Shown piece after piece: positions 36,229-51,201 of a stretch of DNA of 64,000 nucleotides (its first letter is position 1; each line of letters starts with the position of its first letter). Origin of the DNA: Utricularia gibba (taxonomy: Eukaryota; Plantae; Magnoliophyta); assembly GCA_002189035.1 (NCBI GenBank), contig NEEC01000018.1:1178001-1242000 (forward strand), written 5' to 3'. The notes under the pieces are model-generated. The model was not told where the DNA came from. It was given only the letters and a program-made list of their open reading frames with translations, and did no database searches. The translations under genes and the position numbers were made by a program.

Positions 36229-38348
36229 ATGAAGTTCATGAAGCTTGGTTCCAAAGCTGATACATTTCAGACTGATGGAAATAACACAAGGTTAGATCTT
36301 CGTTACCAAGTTCAGTTACATATCATGATGGTGATAAGTTTTTTACATGAACTGAAACCCTCACTTCTCTGCAGATATGTGGCTAGTGATTTGGCAACAG
36401 ATTTGGTTGTTCAAGTCGGTAACGTGAAGTTTTATCTTCACAAGGTAATTCTGATGACCTAAACTGATTTCCCCTTAATTTTCCAGGTGCATAAGCTTTG
36501 CAACATTTATAGCTTTGTGTCTTGTAACGATGGTTGTGCAGTTTCCCCTTCTTTCAAAGAGTTCTCGCCTTCAGAAGTTGGTGTCTTCAGCTAATGAAGG
36601 GAATGGATATGAGATCAACATAGATGAGATCCCGGGCGGTCCAAATGCTTTCGAGTTATGTGCAAAGTTCTGTTATGGGATGATATTCACACTTGATGCA
36701 TATAATGTTGTAGCAGTACGGTGTGCAGCTGAGTATCTTGAAATGTATGAAGCAATGGAGAAGGGAAATCTTGTCTACAAAATTGATGTATTCCTCAACT
36801 ACAGCATTTTCAGAAGTTGGAAGGATTCTATCATCGTTCTTCAGACCACCAAAGCTTTCTTGCCACTGTCCGAGGAGCTGAAAGTAATCAGTAACTGCAC
36901 TGATTCCATTGCATCTAAAGCATGCACAGATGTTTCAAAAGTGGATTGGTCGTATACGTATAACCGGAAGAAGACTTCTGAGGAAGGTGGTGCTGATTCT
37001 GGATGGAATGCTGTTAGATGCCGCACAATACCAAGGGATTGGTGGGTTGAAGATTTGTGTGATCTTGAAATAGATTTATACGCTCGTGTCATTGTTGCAA
37101 TCAAGAACAGGGGAATCATGTCCAATGATCTCCTTGGCAAGGCGTTGAAAGGTTATGCTTATCACAGATTCCCTCCCTCAGGCAAGAGTGCAATCCCAAA
37201 GAATGAACTCTCCAAGTTACGAGTTGTTTTGGAGACAATCATCCAGTTGTTGCCCCCTGAGAAAGGCACTGTCTCTTGTAGCTTCTTGCTTAAGATGCTT
37301 AAAGTTTCAATGTTGGTGGAGGCCGGGGACTCACTGAAATCGGAGCTGGTGAAGCGAATCAGACGGCAGCTCGAGGAGGCGAATGTCGATGACCTGCTGA
37401 TCTCTTCATCAGAAGGGGATGCTATGATGTATAATGTGCAACTGGTTCAGCAGTTGATACAAGAATTCATGACAAGGTATCAGGGTGTGGAGGAGTCCAA
37501 GGAAGTCAATGGTGAAATACAAGAGATCAGTAATTCGAATCCAGGGATCTTATCTGAAGCTTCAAAGCTGATAGTGGCGAAGCTTGTTGATGGTTACCTG
37601 AGTGAAATCGCAAAGGATCCTCACCTCCCCATTTCACTCTTCATCTCTGTTGCAGAGATGGCTTCTACCATGCCCCGGCCGGCACACGACGGTCTTTATG
37701 GTGCCATCGATACTTATCTTCGGGTAACATCTCTGATATGTTATTGTAAACTTCATCATCTCTTCGCCATGAAACTTTTCTGAATTCCAGTTTTCCTGGC
37801 AGGAGCATCCATGGGTCAGCAAGAGTGAAAGGAAGAGAATATGCAGGCTGATGGACTGCAAGAAACTTTCATCAGAAGCATGTGTGCATGCTGTGCAAAA
37901 TGAGCGTCTCCCTCTTCGTATAGTGGTGCAAGTTCTCTTCTTTGAGCAAGTTCGTGCAGCTGCATCGTCGGGAAGCACCACACCGGATCTCCCCAAAGCC
38001 ATCAAGGACCTCAACCGTGGCTCCTGCGGCAGCTCACGCTTAGGAACCACAAATACTGATGAGGATTGGGATGCTGTGGCTTCTGCTGAGGAGCTCCGAG
38101 ATCTAAGAAGCGAGCTTACTGCCTTGAGAGTCTCAAAGCACGGATCCAACAGTGGGGAATACCGCAACAGCAATGCGGATACTGCCCCCATCAGCAAGGT
38201 TAGAGGGCTAATCATGTCCAGAAGGATTTTGTCCAAGATATGGAGCAGCAAGGGCGCCCAGCTGACTGAGAACACCGGTTCTGATTCATCAGGGAGCCTT
38301 GAAGCCAAATCCACTCCAGTTCGACGAGGGAGACACTCAGTTTCTTAG
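36229..38348 (+). CDS. NPY: BTB/POZ-NPH3 domain protein, NPY/MEL (NPY2-like) subfamily, 619 aa
   Basis: Exons 36229-36290, 36375-36444, 36542-37723 and 37803-38348 total 1860 nt. It has the N-terminus [39 protein letters not shown]3 features ([36 protein letters not shown]) and a C-terminal RRGRHSVS. Confidence 0.92.
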
Positions 38349-38812
38349 ATCCATCCTAGGTTGTTCATCTTGCCCAGGATTAGATGTTGCTCTTTGTTTT
38401 TGAACAAATGTAGTCCATTCCAGACAGGTAGGCTGCTTGTAGTCCAAGTTTGGCTCTGTTCGTATTCACATTCCAGAAGATTCACATCTTCTGGAGTAAC
38501 GAAGAGCAGATTCTGGATAACAACCATCCTTACAGTTAAACTACAAGTACTATGCGTTATCGAATTGAGTTGTAAGGAAGAAATGATAAACTGGTAAGAA
38601 TGCTGAAGACATTACGAGCTTTTATGGATCAAATCTTTTACAAAAGTCTATCTACTTTCAAATTCAGTTAGGTTAGCAAAATGAACCTGTGTGAGTGAAT
38701 CATGACACAAACATGAATGTACTTGTTGGAAGGATGCATGAAATTTTACAAGGGAGAAAAAAGAGGGTGTTTCTGCCTTCTGTTATAACACACGCATCAA
38801 AAACTTATCTAC

Positions 38813-41344
38813 CTACTCTTTTTCTAAAGCTCTGTTTCTTCTCTCTTCTTCTTCTGCTTCTATCCAAGCAGCCTGAATGTAAAACCAGACATCAGCAATT
38901 TGAGTAAAATTAAACTTCATGGTAAAAATGCAACATATCTTGCCTTATCTTTCTCGAGTCTAGAGACATGGCGCTGCATTGAGTTTCCTAAGCTTAAGCC
39001 TCCCCATGCTGCCTGTAACTCTCTCTCTCTAGCTTCTTTGCGAGAGGCAAATCGCCGAGCTGCAGCATCGGCACCATCTTGCTGCTCCGCAGCAGCTATC
39101 TTTTCCTTCTCTAGCCTTGACGTATGCTTCACAAGAAGTTGATCCAAGCTTCCCTCATGTTTATTCACATCTTTTTTACGCGGTTTCCACTCGGAGGCTG
39201 CTGCTTCTTTTTCCTTCTCCAGCCTTGAAACATGCTTTACTAGAACCTTGTCTAGGCTTTCATGGTTATTTTCTTCTTCCCTTGTGATGCCACCGCTACT
39301 TCTTGATGGTGGTGCCTTCTCTTTCACTTCGGTTTTTTCCTTTGAGCTCTTGGCTTCTAGAACCTCTCTCTCAAGCCTTGACAAATGTTTCACCAAAAAC
39401 TTATCTAAACTTGGAAGGTCTGAGATATCTTGTTTTGCGCATTTTACTCTATCAGTCTTCGGCAGTTGTTCATCCACTTTCTCTATCCCTTGAGAAAGTT
39501 TAACTTGATCACTTCCCAAATCAGAAACATCTTCAGGTTGCATTCGTGGACTTTTTATCCCTGAGGATGGAATCTTTTCATCTGTTATATCAAGCTTCCT
39601 CTTATTTCCATTTCTGGATTCATCTTCTTGTTGTCTACGGTTCTTAGCCTCAAGAACCTCCCTTTCAAGCCTTGTCAGCCGCTTTACTAGAAATTTGTCC
39701 AAGCTGGGAAGTTCAGTATCAGCTGTGTTCCTGGCTATAGTGGCGTTTCTCCTTGAAACATTCCCTCCTAAAGAAAATCTTCTACTGTTACTATTACCTC
39801 CAGCTTGAGAATTGGTATTACTGCTACCCTCGAGACTACTTTTCTTTGCTGTTCCCATTTCGGAAAGAGCAGCATTTAGACCACTCGTTGCAACAATACT
39901 TGCAAGAGATGCAAGCTCATCATCTTTCAAGCATTGCAGCCTACCAAGCATCATATCAACCATATAGTCCATGGAAAACTTTTCTGAATCCTGCTTTTTC
40001 TTTGCCTTTCTCATCATTCTCTCATCGGAAACCAGGTTTCCCTCGCCGGATTTGGCTACCTCCGGTGCAGCATCGGAGTCACATTCAGAGTTCAAGAGAC
40101 GATCTTCATCTTTGTCAGGGTTCTCACTTATTTTACGTAACACCTCTTTGAAATCTTCTTTGCTTGTCGATGAGGAACTAGCAAGCTTGATAAAAGCAGC
40201 TTTCACGGCCGCTGCTACTTGCTTGTCTACGTCAAATGCAGTCTCAAAATCTGCTGAAATGCTATGGTTCATGGATCCTCCGCCCTTGCCTGAAGCTGCT
40301 GTGTCTATCTTGTAGTGGTTTTGTGCACAATCAGGTATGTCATTCATGATAACCCCAGCCCTTTGTGCCTCTTCAAATGCTTCAGCTGCATCTTTTTCAG
40401 CCTTAGAACGACGAGCTTCCGCTTCTTTACACTCAATCCTGAATAGGTCACGCAATGGAAATGGAATTAAACGACAATCCAGTCAGCAGAAAGAGCCTTG
40501 CTTACTAACCTGGCAGCTTGAAGTATGCGGCACCAAGAAGCTTCCACCATTGCAGCTTTCCCAGATTCCATCGCTTTCTCTGCGGCTTCTCTGATAGCAA
40601 TCTTTTCTCGAAGTACCCTACAGTAATGTGGGTTCGAATCACCCAGAGTCTCGTCAAGAGTCGAATGCATTCCATCGACTTCCTGCATTAACGATCACCA
40701 TGAGAACCACTCCCTGTTTTAGATTAAACTTGAGAGCACAATGATCCATCCATATACCTGAAGCATTTTAATTTTCCTCTTCAAATAAGGCTCCACCTTC
40801 TTCCTTGGAAACCAGTTGATTGGTGAAGGTTTACGATGAGGTGGCTTAGAGATTTGTGATGTGAGCCTGTTTAAAGCAGTCAAGCTAGAACGAAGAGCAT
40901 CCTTGGCTCTAATGTTCTGTCATGTGAACAACAACAAATCAGGACCTTGCACAGAAGAATGCCCACTCAAATCCCAATCGCTGTACGTAAGATTTCGACA
41001 CCAACAGGACCAGGACAAAGACCCAGTTCTTGAAATTGTAAATCTATCGAACACCTTATACCCCATTTGCTAATGTCACATGCATTCAACAGATGAATCA
41101 AGTTTATCACTACACGACATACGTAAATCATGTTTCATCACGAGTAAAACAAAGAGATGAAGAAATGGATCAACCAGAAACACGAAAGAAACCAGATTAC
41201 TCTGCAAGGAGTGAATTCAGGAGCCACCTTTCCAAGTTTACTAGCAGATGCCTCAGAAAACTCTCTCTGAATGTTTTCTTTCTCATCAGAACCTCCCGTG
41301 GACGCTTTTTCAACGCATCCCAGATCAATACAGCCCAGATCCAT
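38813..41344 (-). CDS. Uncharacterised charged/coiled-coil plant protein with 5 internal SLD..LVKH.SRLE[KR]E repeats, 667 aa
   Basis: Exons (minus): 41344-41228 (MDLGCIDLGC...), 40916-40758 (SPINWFPRKK..YLKRKIKMLQ), 40682-40510, 40438-38944 and 38872-38813 (AAWIEAEEEERRNRALEKE*). They total 2004 nt in frame with valid acceptors, and the last donor is GC (AAG|GCAAGA). I do not recognise a named domain. Confidence 0.8.
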
Positions 41345-44300
41345 TCCACTCTCCGGCGTAGAGACAAACTTTCCAAACAAACACCTTCAAAACCCAGAAA
41401 CGATGAATAATCAGAAGTCGGAGAAGGCGAATTCCCAGAGTCCTAGCAAATAAAGTGCGATTACTCTTTTCAAAATTTTCAAACAAATTAGATCCGTTGA
41501 AAATAACGGTCAGTTGAGAAATACTATCCTGTTACGTGGTGCACCATAAGGTCTGTACAGACCTCGGGTTTGTTTACCGTGCGGTCGATACCCACCGTAT
41601 ACCGTAGCCCAGACCCCCCCCCTGTTGCTCACGTCACTGTGTACGTCATTAATGAGGCCAGTTGCCATTAAAAAAATGATATTCGCATGCTTTATTTGGG
41701 TTGACAAAAGTAAGCAGACAATTGTTGGCATTCAAGTCATACAATCGAGGTTCCATGCGTGTGCGGAGTTACAGGATCCATTGAATGGGAATCAATATTT
41801 GAAATTACAAAAATGGACATCATGTGGTATGTATTGTATAACAAAAGTAATCATCCTACCTACACATAATGATACTATCCCTCATAAAATACACATGAAG
41901 ATCACTTTTATAATGTCAAATTTTGATAGTTATCAGCTATAGACTTAACCACTTTGATCATTTACAAAACTTATCAATATCAAAATTCAAGATCACCAAA
42001 ATGATCACTCTGAGGAAATTGATCCACCATGTTTCTCATAGAACAAATCATGTCTATTTTAGAAATGCAAGTTTTTGAAATAATAAAAAGAGGTTAGAAG
42101 ATAGTAAAGAAAAATCAAACAAGTCAAATATTCCTTTTTGGGGTGGAGTTTGTTGACGACGCTCCAAGTTATAGTTAATATCAAAAGTTTTAATCTGCAG
42201 ATTTTAAAGTTACGTTATAGATTCATTAACTTATTTTTTTATAAATAATTTGCCATCTAATTTATGAAATTATATATTCAATTTTTCGTGTTATCAAAAC
42301 TAATCAATTTTTACTCTAACATCATTATAATGATATATCATACAAGATGAGAACGTAATTAATTATTTTCATTTTGAATTACATAAGACGTAAATGCAAT
42401 ATAATCTTAACAAAAGTATCATTCGATTTATCAAACTTAAGACGTAAATGTAAAAAACTCTAATATTAAATTTTGGGAATTTGAAATTAGAATCAATTCA
42501 TTTTTAAAAAACTTTTAAATCTGTTTAGGTATATGTTGCACGACTTTGACAACTTTTTTTTTTTTTTGCAATTTTGAAACTTAAGTATTAAACTTTTTAT
42601 ACTAATCAAAATTTGAGATGATTTTTGTATAATTCTTCTTTTTTTATAGAATATAAAAGAAAGCATAATTGATATTCATCTTAAACTACCAATCCATAAG
42701 TCTAGTTGAAATATATTACAATATTATCATAAAGATGTTAACAAATAGATAAAGACCAATTATTGATAGAGTACTCATCATTTGCGTAACACTCGTTATC
42801 CTAATGGCTACCCAATGGTCAAAGTGGACTTGGTCACGTTTATTCTATGCATATTGTTTCAATAATAATAGATCGATCACTTCGAGCTCATTTTTTATAA
42901 ATGAAAGTTTTTCAATTTAATCTTTTTCTATATTTAAAATTAAATCTTAAAAAAATAATTGACGTGGTATACAAAATTGTTGCACCGGCCCCTGTGTTGA
43001 TGGCATTCACACTGGGGGGATAACAACTACTAGTCCTCCTCTCAATCAAGTCCACAAACATCACATCCTTTTAATACCATTGAAGCAATCAAAGAGCACA
43101 CCATCCTATTTACACCTCCCATCTATTTTGACTATAAATCAAAGGTGACGAACAGAAGTGATTTTGAGATTTAGAAAGTTTTCATTTCCTCGAAAATTTC
43201 GAAAGCCAGGTCCTATGTGATTTCCATAATGAGAAAGCAGGCTGGGTGATGCTCGTTAATGGTCGGGTGTATGTACAAAAATCGTTATCACTTCTTGACT
43301 ATGTGAGAAAAATAAACATCGTATATATAAAAAATTGTTTATAGTATATGAGAGAGAAAAATAGGATGAACGCTAATGTAAATGTTTAATAATGGTTTCT
43401 AATATTTGTAAAAATTGCAGCAATGATTTTCTGTTTTTAATGTTATCTCCATTATTTTAAGATCATGATAAAATTGATCTCCAATTTTTTCAATACAATT
43501 ATAAAATTGATTTCTAATATTAACAAATAGTTACCAATATTTTAATATTCATTTGCTTGGCATAAATAAATCATTTCAAAATTATCTAAAATTTTAATTT
43601 CCAACTAATCATGTCTAGTTTTTGAGTAATTGAGGATTAATTATACTCAATATTCAAATAGTCGAGGTTTAAAGATATATAAAATATAAGATTTTGCGGA
43701 CTAATTATGTAAGATACGTCAAATTTTATGAACTAATAATGTGGATATATGAATTTTTGATGATTGATTTTGCAACAGGGAGACCAATTGCATAATTTCT
43801 AGTAAAAGTGTGGGCTGGGCTAATTTTTCCAAAATGTTAAAACCTGAGATTTTTTTATGTAATTTTTTTATTTATAGAAATTAGCGGAAAATGATGTAAA
43901 TATAAAATGTATATTACAATCAAATGAAAATATAATTTATTTAGTTTTTTAAAAATCACTATTGAATCATTTAAAATAGCAATTGAATTAAACTCAAATC
44001 ATTTTAAAATATACAAACAAAAATTACAATCAAATCATGATTTAATTATGATTCAATAGTGGTTCAATCATGATTTAATATTTTTTCATAATAAAAATAT
44101 TTAAAGAGTTTTTAGTAAAAAACGAGCCATTCAAGTGTATCATTTTTAATTGAAATTTAAAATAAAAGAAACCTAACATCGAAAAAATGGGAGATGGGAA
44201 GGTTTTAGCCTTTAGGACAGCACGGCCTCCAAGTTAGAATTTAGATGGGCCCTAATTAATAAATACCTTTATATACATGCAAATTAATTCATTTTAAATT

Positions 44301-44884
44301 ATTCATTAATGAGTGTGGGATTGTATTTACACGTATTTTCTGTGTTTAAAAAAATTAGATTCAATCCATTTTTGATTTATTTAATCTATTATAAATAGAT
44401 TATGAAAATTAATTATGTAAATTTGATATTTCTTTTTAATTTTATAAAAATTATTATGAAATTGAATCCAAATCTTGGGGTTTTTTTAATACACGCGTTT
44501 AAAATGAGTTCCATTTAAATGCAACGTGGTAAATTTGAATTCGTAATTAAGAAAGATTAGGATATAATTGGCGGTCATTTATGAGTGAAATATCTGATAA
44601 TAAATTGTGTAATAATAATAATCGCGTGGAGTCAGCTTTTCGCGCACCGCCTCTTCATTTCAACGCGGAGTTTGTGCTTGACATTTATACACTGCTTTCC
44701 GGGGAACCAGTCTGCAGAGGGCGTCGTCAGTCATTCGAAATCTTCCGGATCCCGAGCATGCTTTGATCCTACTGCAGTAGGAGTCAGTTGTGGGAGTGGG
44801 TTGCAGCACAACCCACATCGGGATTCCGGCCGGCGTGGGTTTTGGTGAACGGTTTTTGGGGGGTAGGAGAAGGGGGGATTCGGG

Positions 44885-46583
44885 ATGTTGCGATCTTGCT
44901 GTTGTCGGTGGTTTGGAGGGAGGAATGGTGATCGTTTGATGTGGCATATGGACTTGAAGCCGCACGCGACCGGTGATTTTTCGATTGCAGTGGTGCAAGC
45001 GAATTCTAACCTTGAGGATCAGAGTCAGGTTTATACGTCGCCGACGGCTACTTACGTGGGTGTGTATGATGGTCACGGTGGCCCGGAAGCCTCTCGATTT
45101 GTCAATCGTCAACTCTTCCCCTACTTGCAGAGTACTTTTCTTTTTCGCCCTCCGGATTGTTCATTCTAGAAACCGTGGCCAAAGCTTCTTTTTACTTGTT
45201 ACAAACTGCAACTTCGTAGTCAGTTGCTTCTTTTTTTCTATTTGATTTTAGCAACTGTCGAATTTATGAATTCATCTAATGGTTTGTTATAGAATTTTCG
45301 AAGGAGCAAGGGGGTATGTCAGCAGACGTTGTGAAGAAGGCTTTCAATGCAACAGAAGAGGATTTTACTCGTTTAGTGAAAAGGACAATGGCATTCAAAC
45401 CACAGATCACATCTGCAGGATCATGTTGTCTTGTTGGTGCCATTTCTGATGGCAAGCTGTATGTGGCTAATTTAGGGGACTCAAGGGCTGTTCTTGGAAG
45501 AAGAGGTTTCGATGGAGAAAAGAGTCTGGTAGCTGAAAGACTGTCTACAGACCACAACGTTTCATATGAAAATATCCGAAGAGAGGTTGAAGCCCTTCAT
45601 CCTGATGATGCAGCAGTTGTTGTCTATTGTCGAGGAGCTTGGAGAATCAAGGGAATAATCCAGGTACTTCATGCTCTTTGTGTAGAAGGGTGTTAGTCAA
45701 ATCAAGTTTCATTTTTTTAATCATAGAACCTGGATTCGTGGTAGAGTAATTATGTTAGAATTATGAGATGAGGGAGGTGGCTTTGGCAGGCCTGTGTTTA
45801 TTCTAATGCTTCATTAAAGATACTCTACGAGCCAACAGGTTTTGACTTTTTTAGAAGCATTACAGTGTCTTTGTTTTGCATTTGGAGCTCGCGGTTTATT
45901 CACATCATCCAGAAGGAAAGTAGACTAAACACATCTTCTTGCTTCTTGCTTCTTTTCCCTTTAGGTGTCCAGATCTATTGGTGATGTTTATCTGAAGAAA
46001 AATGATCTTCACAGAGACCCCATTTTCCGGCAACATGCAAATATTGTTCCCATGAAGAGGTCCTTGTTGTCTGCTGAACCTTCCATCCGAACCAGAGCAC
46101 TCACACCTCGAGATTTATTTGTTATATTTGCCTCTGATGGTCTCTGGGAACACCTCACTGATGATGCAGCTGTTCAAATAGTATCAAAGCATCCAAGAGC
46201 TGTAAGCCTCCCAACAGTTGCATACTTCGGCATACTCCTCTTTTGTTTGTTTACAATCTAAACTTTGGCAGGGAATTGCCAAGAGGTTAATATCAGCAGC
46301 ACTCGAGGAAGCTGCTAGGAAAAGGCAGTTGGGGTCAAAAGACTTCCAGAAGATTGAAAAGGGAATCCGGCGGCATTTCCATGATGACATCACGGTTATC
46401 GTGGTCTATCTTGATCATCAGTCGCCTCTGTCCAGCCGTACTCAGAAGCCTAATGTGGGGTGCATTGTGTCCCCTCCAGCTGACATTTTCTCACACAATT
46501 CCAGTGAAGCTGTGAGTAATTCAACTGACAGGATCCTACCCAATGACCAATCCAATCTGAACAACATTTTCTGCAGAACTTAG
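44885..46583 (+). CDS. PP2C.D: Protein phosphatase 2C, clade D (PP2C.D), 388 aa
   Basis: Exons 44885-45131, 45293-45663, 45965-46201 and 46272-46583 total 1167 nt. Motifs: [70 protein letters not shown] and [12 protein letters not shown]. Confidence 0.93.
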
Positions 46584-47023
46584 TCTATTAAGTTACACTA
46601 CAAAATGTCTGTACACAGCACAGTAGAAATGCAAAGGAGTTCTCCTCCATGGCCTTGTTGTTACATCTTTGTGTAAACGTTACCTTTTTAGTTAGATGGA
46701 TCATGGCAGTTTAGGATTCCAAAAGAAGATGTATTTTTGTTGTTGTCGTCACAATGCCAACGTATGTTCCATCGCCTGTCTTCCTGGTTGTAACCAGATG
46801 CATGTTTGGCAGTTGAAGAATATCGAACAAGCAGAATGTTAGACCAGAAGCAATCTGCCTTGGTTTATTAGGAAGTTCCAAATGAGAAAAAGCCACAACT
46901 TCAGACTGCAACAAGCTACATGAAACATATTGACCAACAAAAAAAAGCAGATTCATGATGTTTCCCCTTTATTTCCACGGCCATAAAAAGAAACATGAAA
47001 CCAAGCCAAGTACCGAAAGCCAA

Positions 47024-48283
<1,260 letters not shown>

Positions 48284-48959
48284 TGTCACACTCAAAGATC
48301 CCAACTTTCAAGTATACGAACCTGGCTTTCACAAGCCCAACTCCAGCAGATTCAGAATGATCTCAAGTTGGAACGAAAACCCCACGAATTGTCTTCTGTC
48401 CAGAATTGCAGTTTGCGTGATAAAAGTATCTAACTTGGATAAAAACATCCAGACAATCGAATGTAAAAACGATGGTCCACATACACCTTCGTTGAGGTCC
48501 ACATATACCTTGGTCGATCGAACTGTTAAAGGACTAAAAGCGGTTTAACTAATTGACATAATCAACATTTCAATTCCAATCTAATTACCACAAAGATGGA
48601 TCAACCCAACATTCTCGCTTATATTCATTGATGAATGAAAACTGCCCATATTTTTTTATTCTGGCAAAACAGTCTTGCCCCTTTATTTCCAAGGCCATAT
48701 ATGCTTTGCCGAGAGAAGAGGACATGGAGAAATGAGAATAGGTTACCAAAGTGGAAAGAAACCTACAGTCATTGCACATTAGAGCTTGATAAAATGGATC
48801 CAAAAGGGCATCATGAACAGATGCTGCTGCTGCTGCTGCCACGAACTTCATATCTAAACAGAGTTAACTCGACTACCAGGTAGAGTTGAGTGGATAGTAC
48901 ATGCCGAAGATACCAAGGTTACTCCAAAATCAGTGCGTGCAACCCATCAGTCGAAAGAC

Positions 48960-49828
48960 TCACTTCAGGAAATGTGGATTGAGAAGCCCAGCAATCTCAA
49001 GAAATCCAACCTGATCCTTGCCTCCGAAAATTTTCTTTAGCTTCTCGTCGCAGAGAATGATCTTTCTGTTGGTCGGATCCTGCGAAAAGCCAAATAAGTG
49101 AACTTGATGCACAAGAAGACAGACAGCTTGTATGAGATGGGTGGAGGATGACAACTCAAAAGCCATGAATCAAGAGCACTCCATATTGACTTTGAAAGTA
49201 AGGCCTCAACCTTGGTTACATCTACATAGGATCCCACATCATATATGCTGATGATTTGCTTTGCTGATCAATACAGAAAAAAAAATATATAACACTTTTA
49301 ATCCAGAACATGGTGCAGCAGTCGACATCGCAGAAAATGCGTGCATAGGATGCAAATACCAAAAGAAATGCAGGCGAAAGCAGCAGTCTATCGAAATTTT
49401 ACAAAGAAATGAAAGCGCACAAAGCGGCATAACACGCGCAATACATTTCTGAACTCTCCAGCCACTTCAGAAATCCATGATACACAAGCAGGTAGGTAAC
49501 ATTCACAATAACCACATAAATCGTACACCTGAAGATTATGCAGCTTAATGTGAGCCCAAATCTCTTTGAGCGCTTGAGTGCGGGAGATCTCCGAGACGCC
49601 GCCAAGGAACGCCTGCATCTCCGGCGAGACATGGCGCGGTTTCATTATCCCTTTCGGCCCCCTCTTCACGGTCTCCGTATCCGGCTTGGAAACCGCAGAA
49701 ATCGGCGCCGACAGTAGAGCGCGATGGTTCGAAGTAAGAGTCCGGACCGGAGCTGAACCCTGGAAGACGCCGAACGACGCCGTCAGCGGCGGACTGAAAG
49801 ACGAAACGAGACCGAAAGAAATCGCCAT
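48960..49828 (-). CDS. Stand-alone SWIB/MDM2-domain protein with organellar transit-peptide-like N-terminus, 139 aa
   Basis: Exons 49828-49529 and 49079-48960. A Ser/Ala-rich N-terminus is followed by GIMKPRHVSPEMQAFLG..EISRTQALKEIWAHIKLHNLQ|DPTNRKIILCDEKLKKIF.GKDQVGFLEIAGLLNPHF. Confidence 0.9.
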
Positions 49829-50849
49829 TTTCTATTCCCCGAAAGGTTTCTCTCCAAGTCGAATACAAATGAGCTGCTTTGTTCGTAAACCCTCCCGCCC
49901 TTTTTACCTCTTTCCAATTCTACCCTTATATTTTGGACTGGGCCGTAATTTGGGCTTTTGTGAACAGCATGGAAGCTCCGACCTCCGTACGATCAGCAGC
50001 TCGGCCCAACATTAATCGTACTCTGTGTAATAACTCTTCTTGAACCGTTTACCACATCGCTTGCTGATGATTGTTTTGAAGCGAATTCTATGTGTGGTGT
50101 ATTTTAGGACATAACCCAACATTAGAATCTTAGAAGCGCCAAATTTCTGATATCAAAATATCATGGAACAAACGAAGAATTCGCAAGGTAAAATGGCATA
50201 GTTCTTGTTACACTGCTATCTTAATGTTTCTGATCATGATGAATGCATACATACAGTGATTCTCATTGTCTTCTCAAATCAACTGTTTAGACTTTATCCT
50301 CAGAATGGACATTGGGATTTGTTGAAATTCAGTATCTAATGTATCGGGCAATTACATGTGAAATCTAAGTATGTAAAAAACGTAAATTACATTAGAAAAA
50401 ATTAGATTTAATCAATTATTTATAATTTATAATTTATTATATATTTGACTATTTCAATTTCATTGTACCATATTAGATTGTATATTATAATAATTGAGTT
50501 TTTAGGTGACTCCCTTTCTCACAACTTGTGAGTTTTCGAGTAAAAACGCTGATATATGATCAAGATATATGTGCAAGGCCTCTGAGAGTGATCAATGTTA
50601 GGGCATGGTATGCAAGGGATGTATCAGAATTTGGGGTTTGTTTTTCTTGAAATCTGGTCACTGCTCACCCATGCTGCCGGTGGTTGATGGCTCATTATTA
50701 ACGAGGAAGATGCCGGGCTGCAGCCAGCTGGCGGTGGCGGGCCTGGAAGCTTCCTTTCAGACAACTAAGCTCCATTTAATGGTGGTTCCCCCACCTCTAT
50801 AAATAATCACCATCATCATTTACCTTACCTCCACTAGCTCACGTTGAAG

Positions 50850-51201
50850 ATGGTTAAAAGCAATATCGGCCTCTCCGTCCTCTTCCTCCTCATCCTGCTC
50901 AGCGATGTCTCCCTCGAGCCGGCCGCCGCTGGCCCATGTAAGCGCCACCGCATTCCTCACTACTGCTAATTCAGTCTTTGCCGCCTTTTTTGCTCAACAT
51001 TCCTGTAATTTGGCAGCACTGTGCGGGAACAGCTGCGCCGCGCGGTGCGCAAGGGCCGGCGTGGCCGACCGGTGCCTGAAGTACTGCGGGATCTGCTGTG
51101 AGAAATGCAGGTGCGTGCCATCGGGGACGTACGGAAACAAGCACGAATGCCCCTGCTACAGAGACTGGCGCAACTCCAAAGGCACATCCAAGTGCCCTTA
51201 A
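50850..51201 (+). CDS. GASA: GASA/snakin cysteine-rich peptide (snakin-1 type), 90 aa
   Basis: Exons 50850-50937 (signal peptide) and 51017-51201. It has 12 Cys in the GASA spacing, including [16 protein letters not shown] and a terminal KCP. Confidence 0.93.

Noticed and set aside
37634-38314. 226-aa minus-strand ORF
   Set aside because: It is an antisense shadow of the NPY exons and crosses an NPY intron. No independent coding signal.
44660-45112. 150-aa minus-strand ORF
   Set aside because: It is antisense to PP2C exon 1 and its leader, with no motifs.
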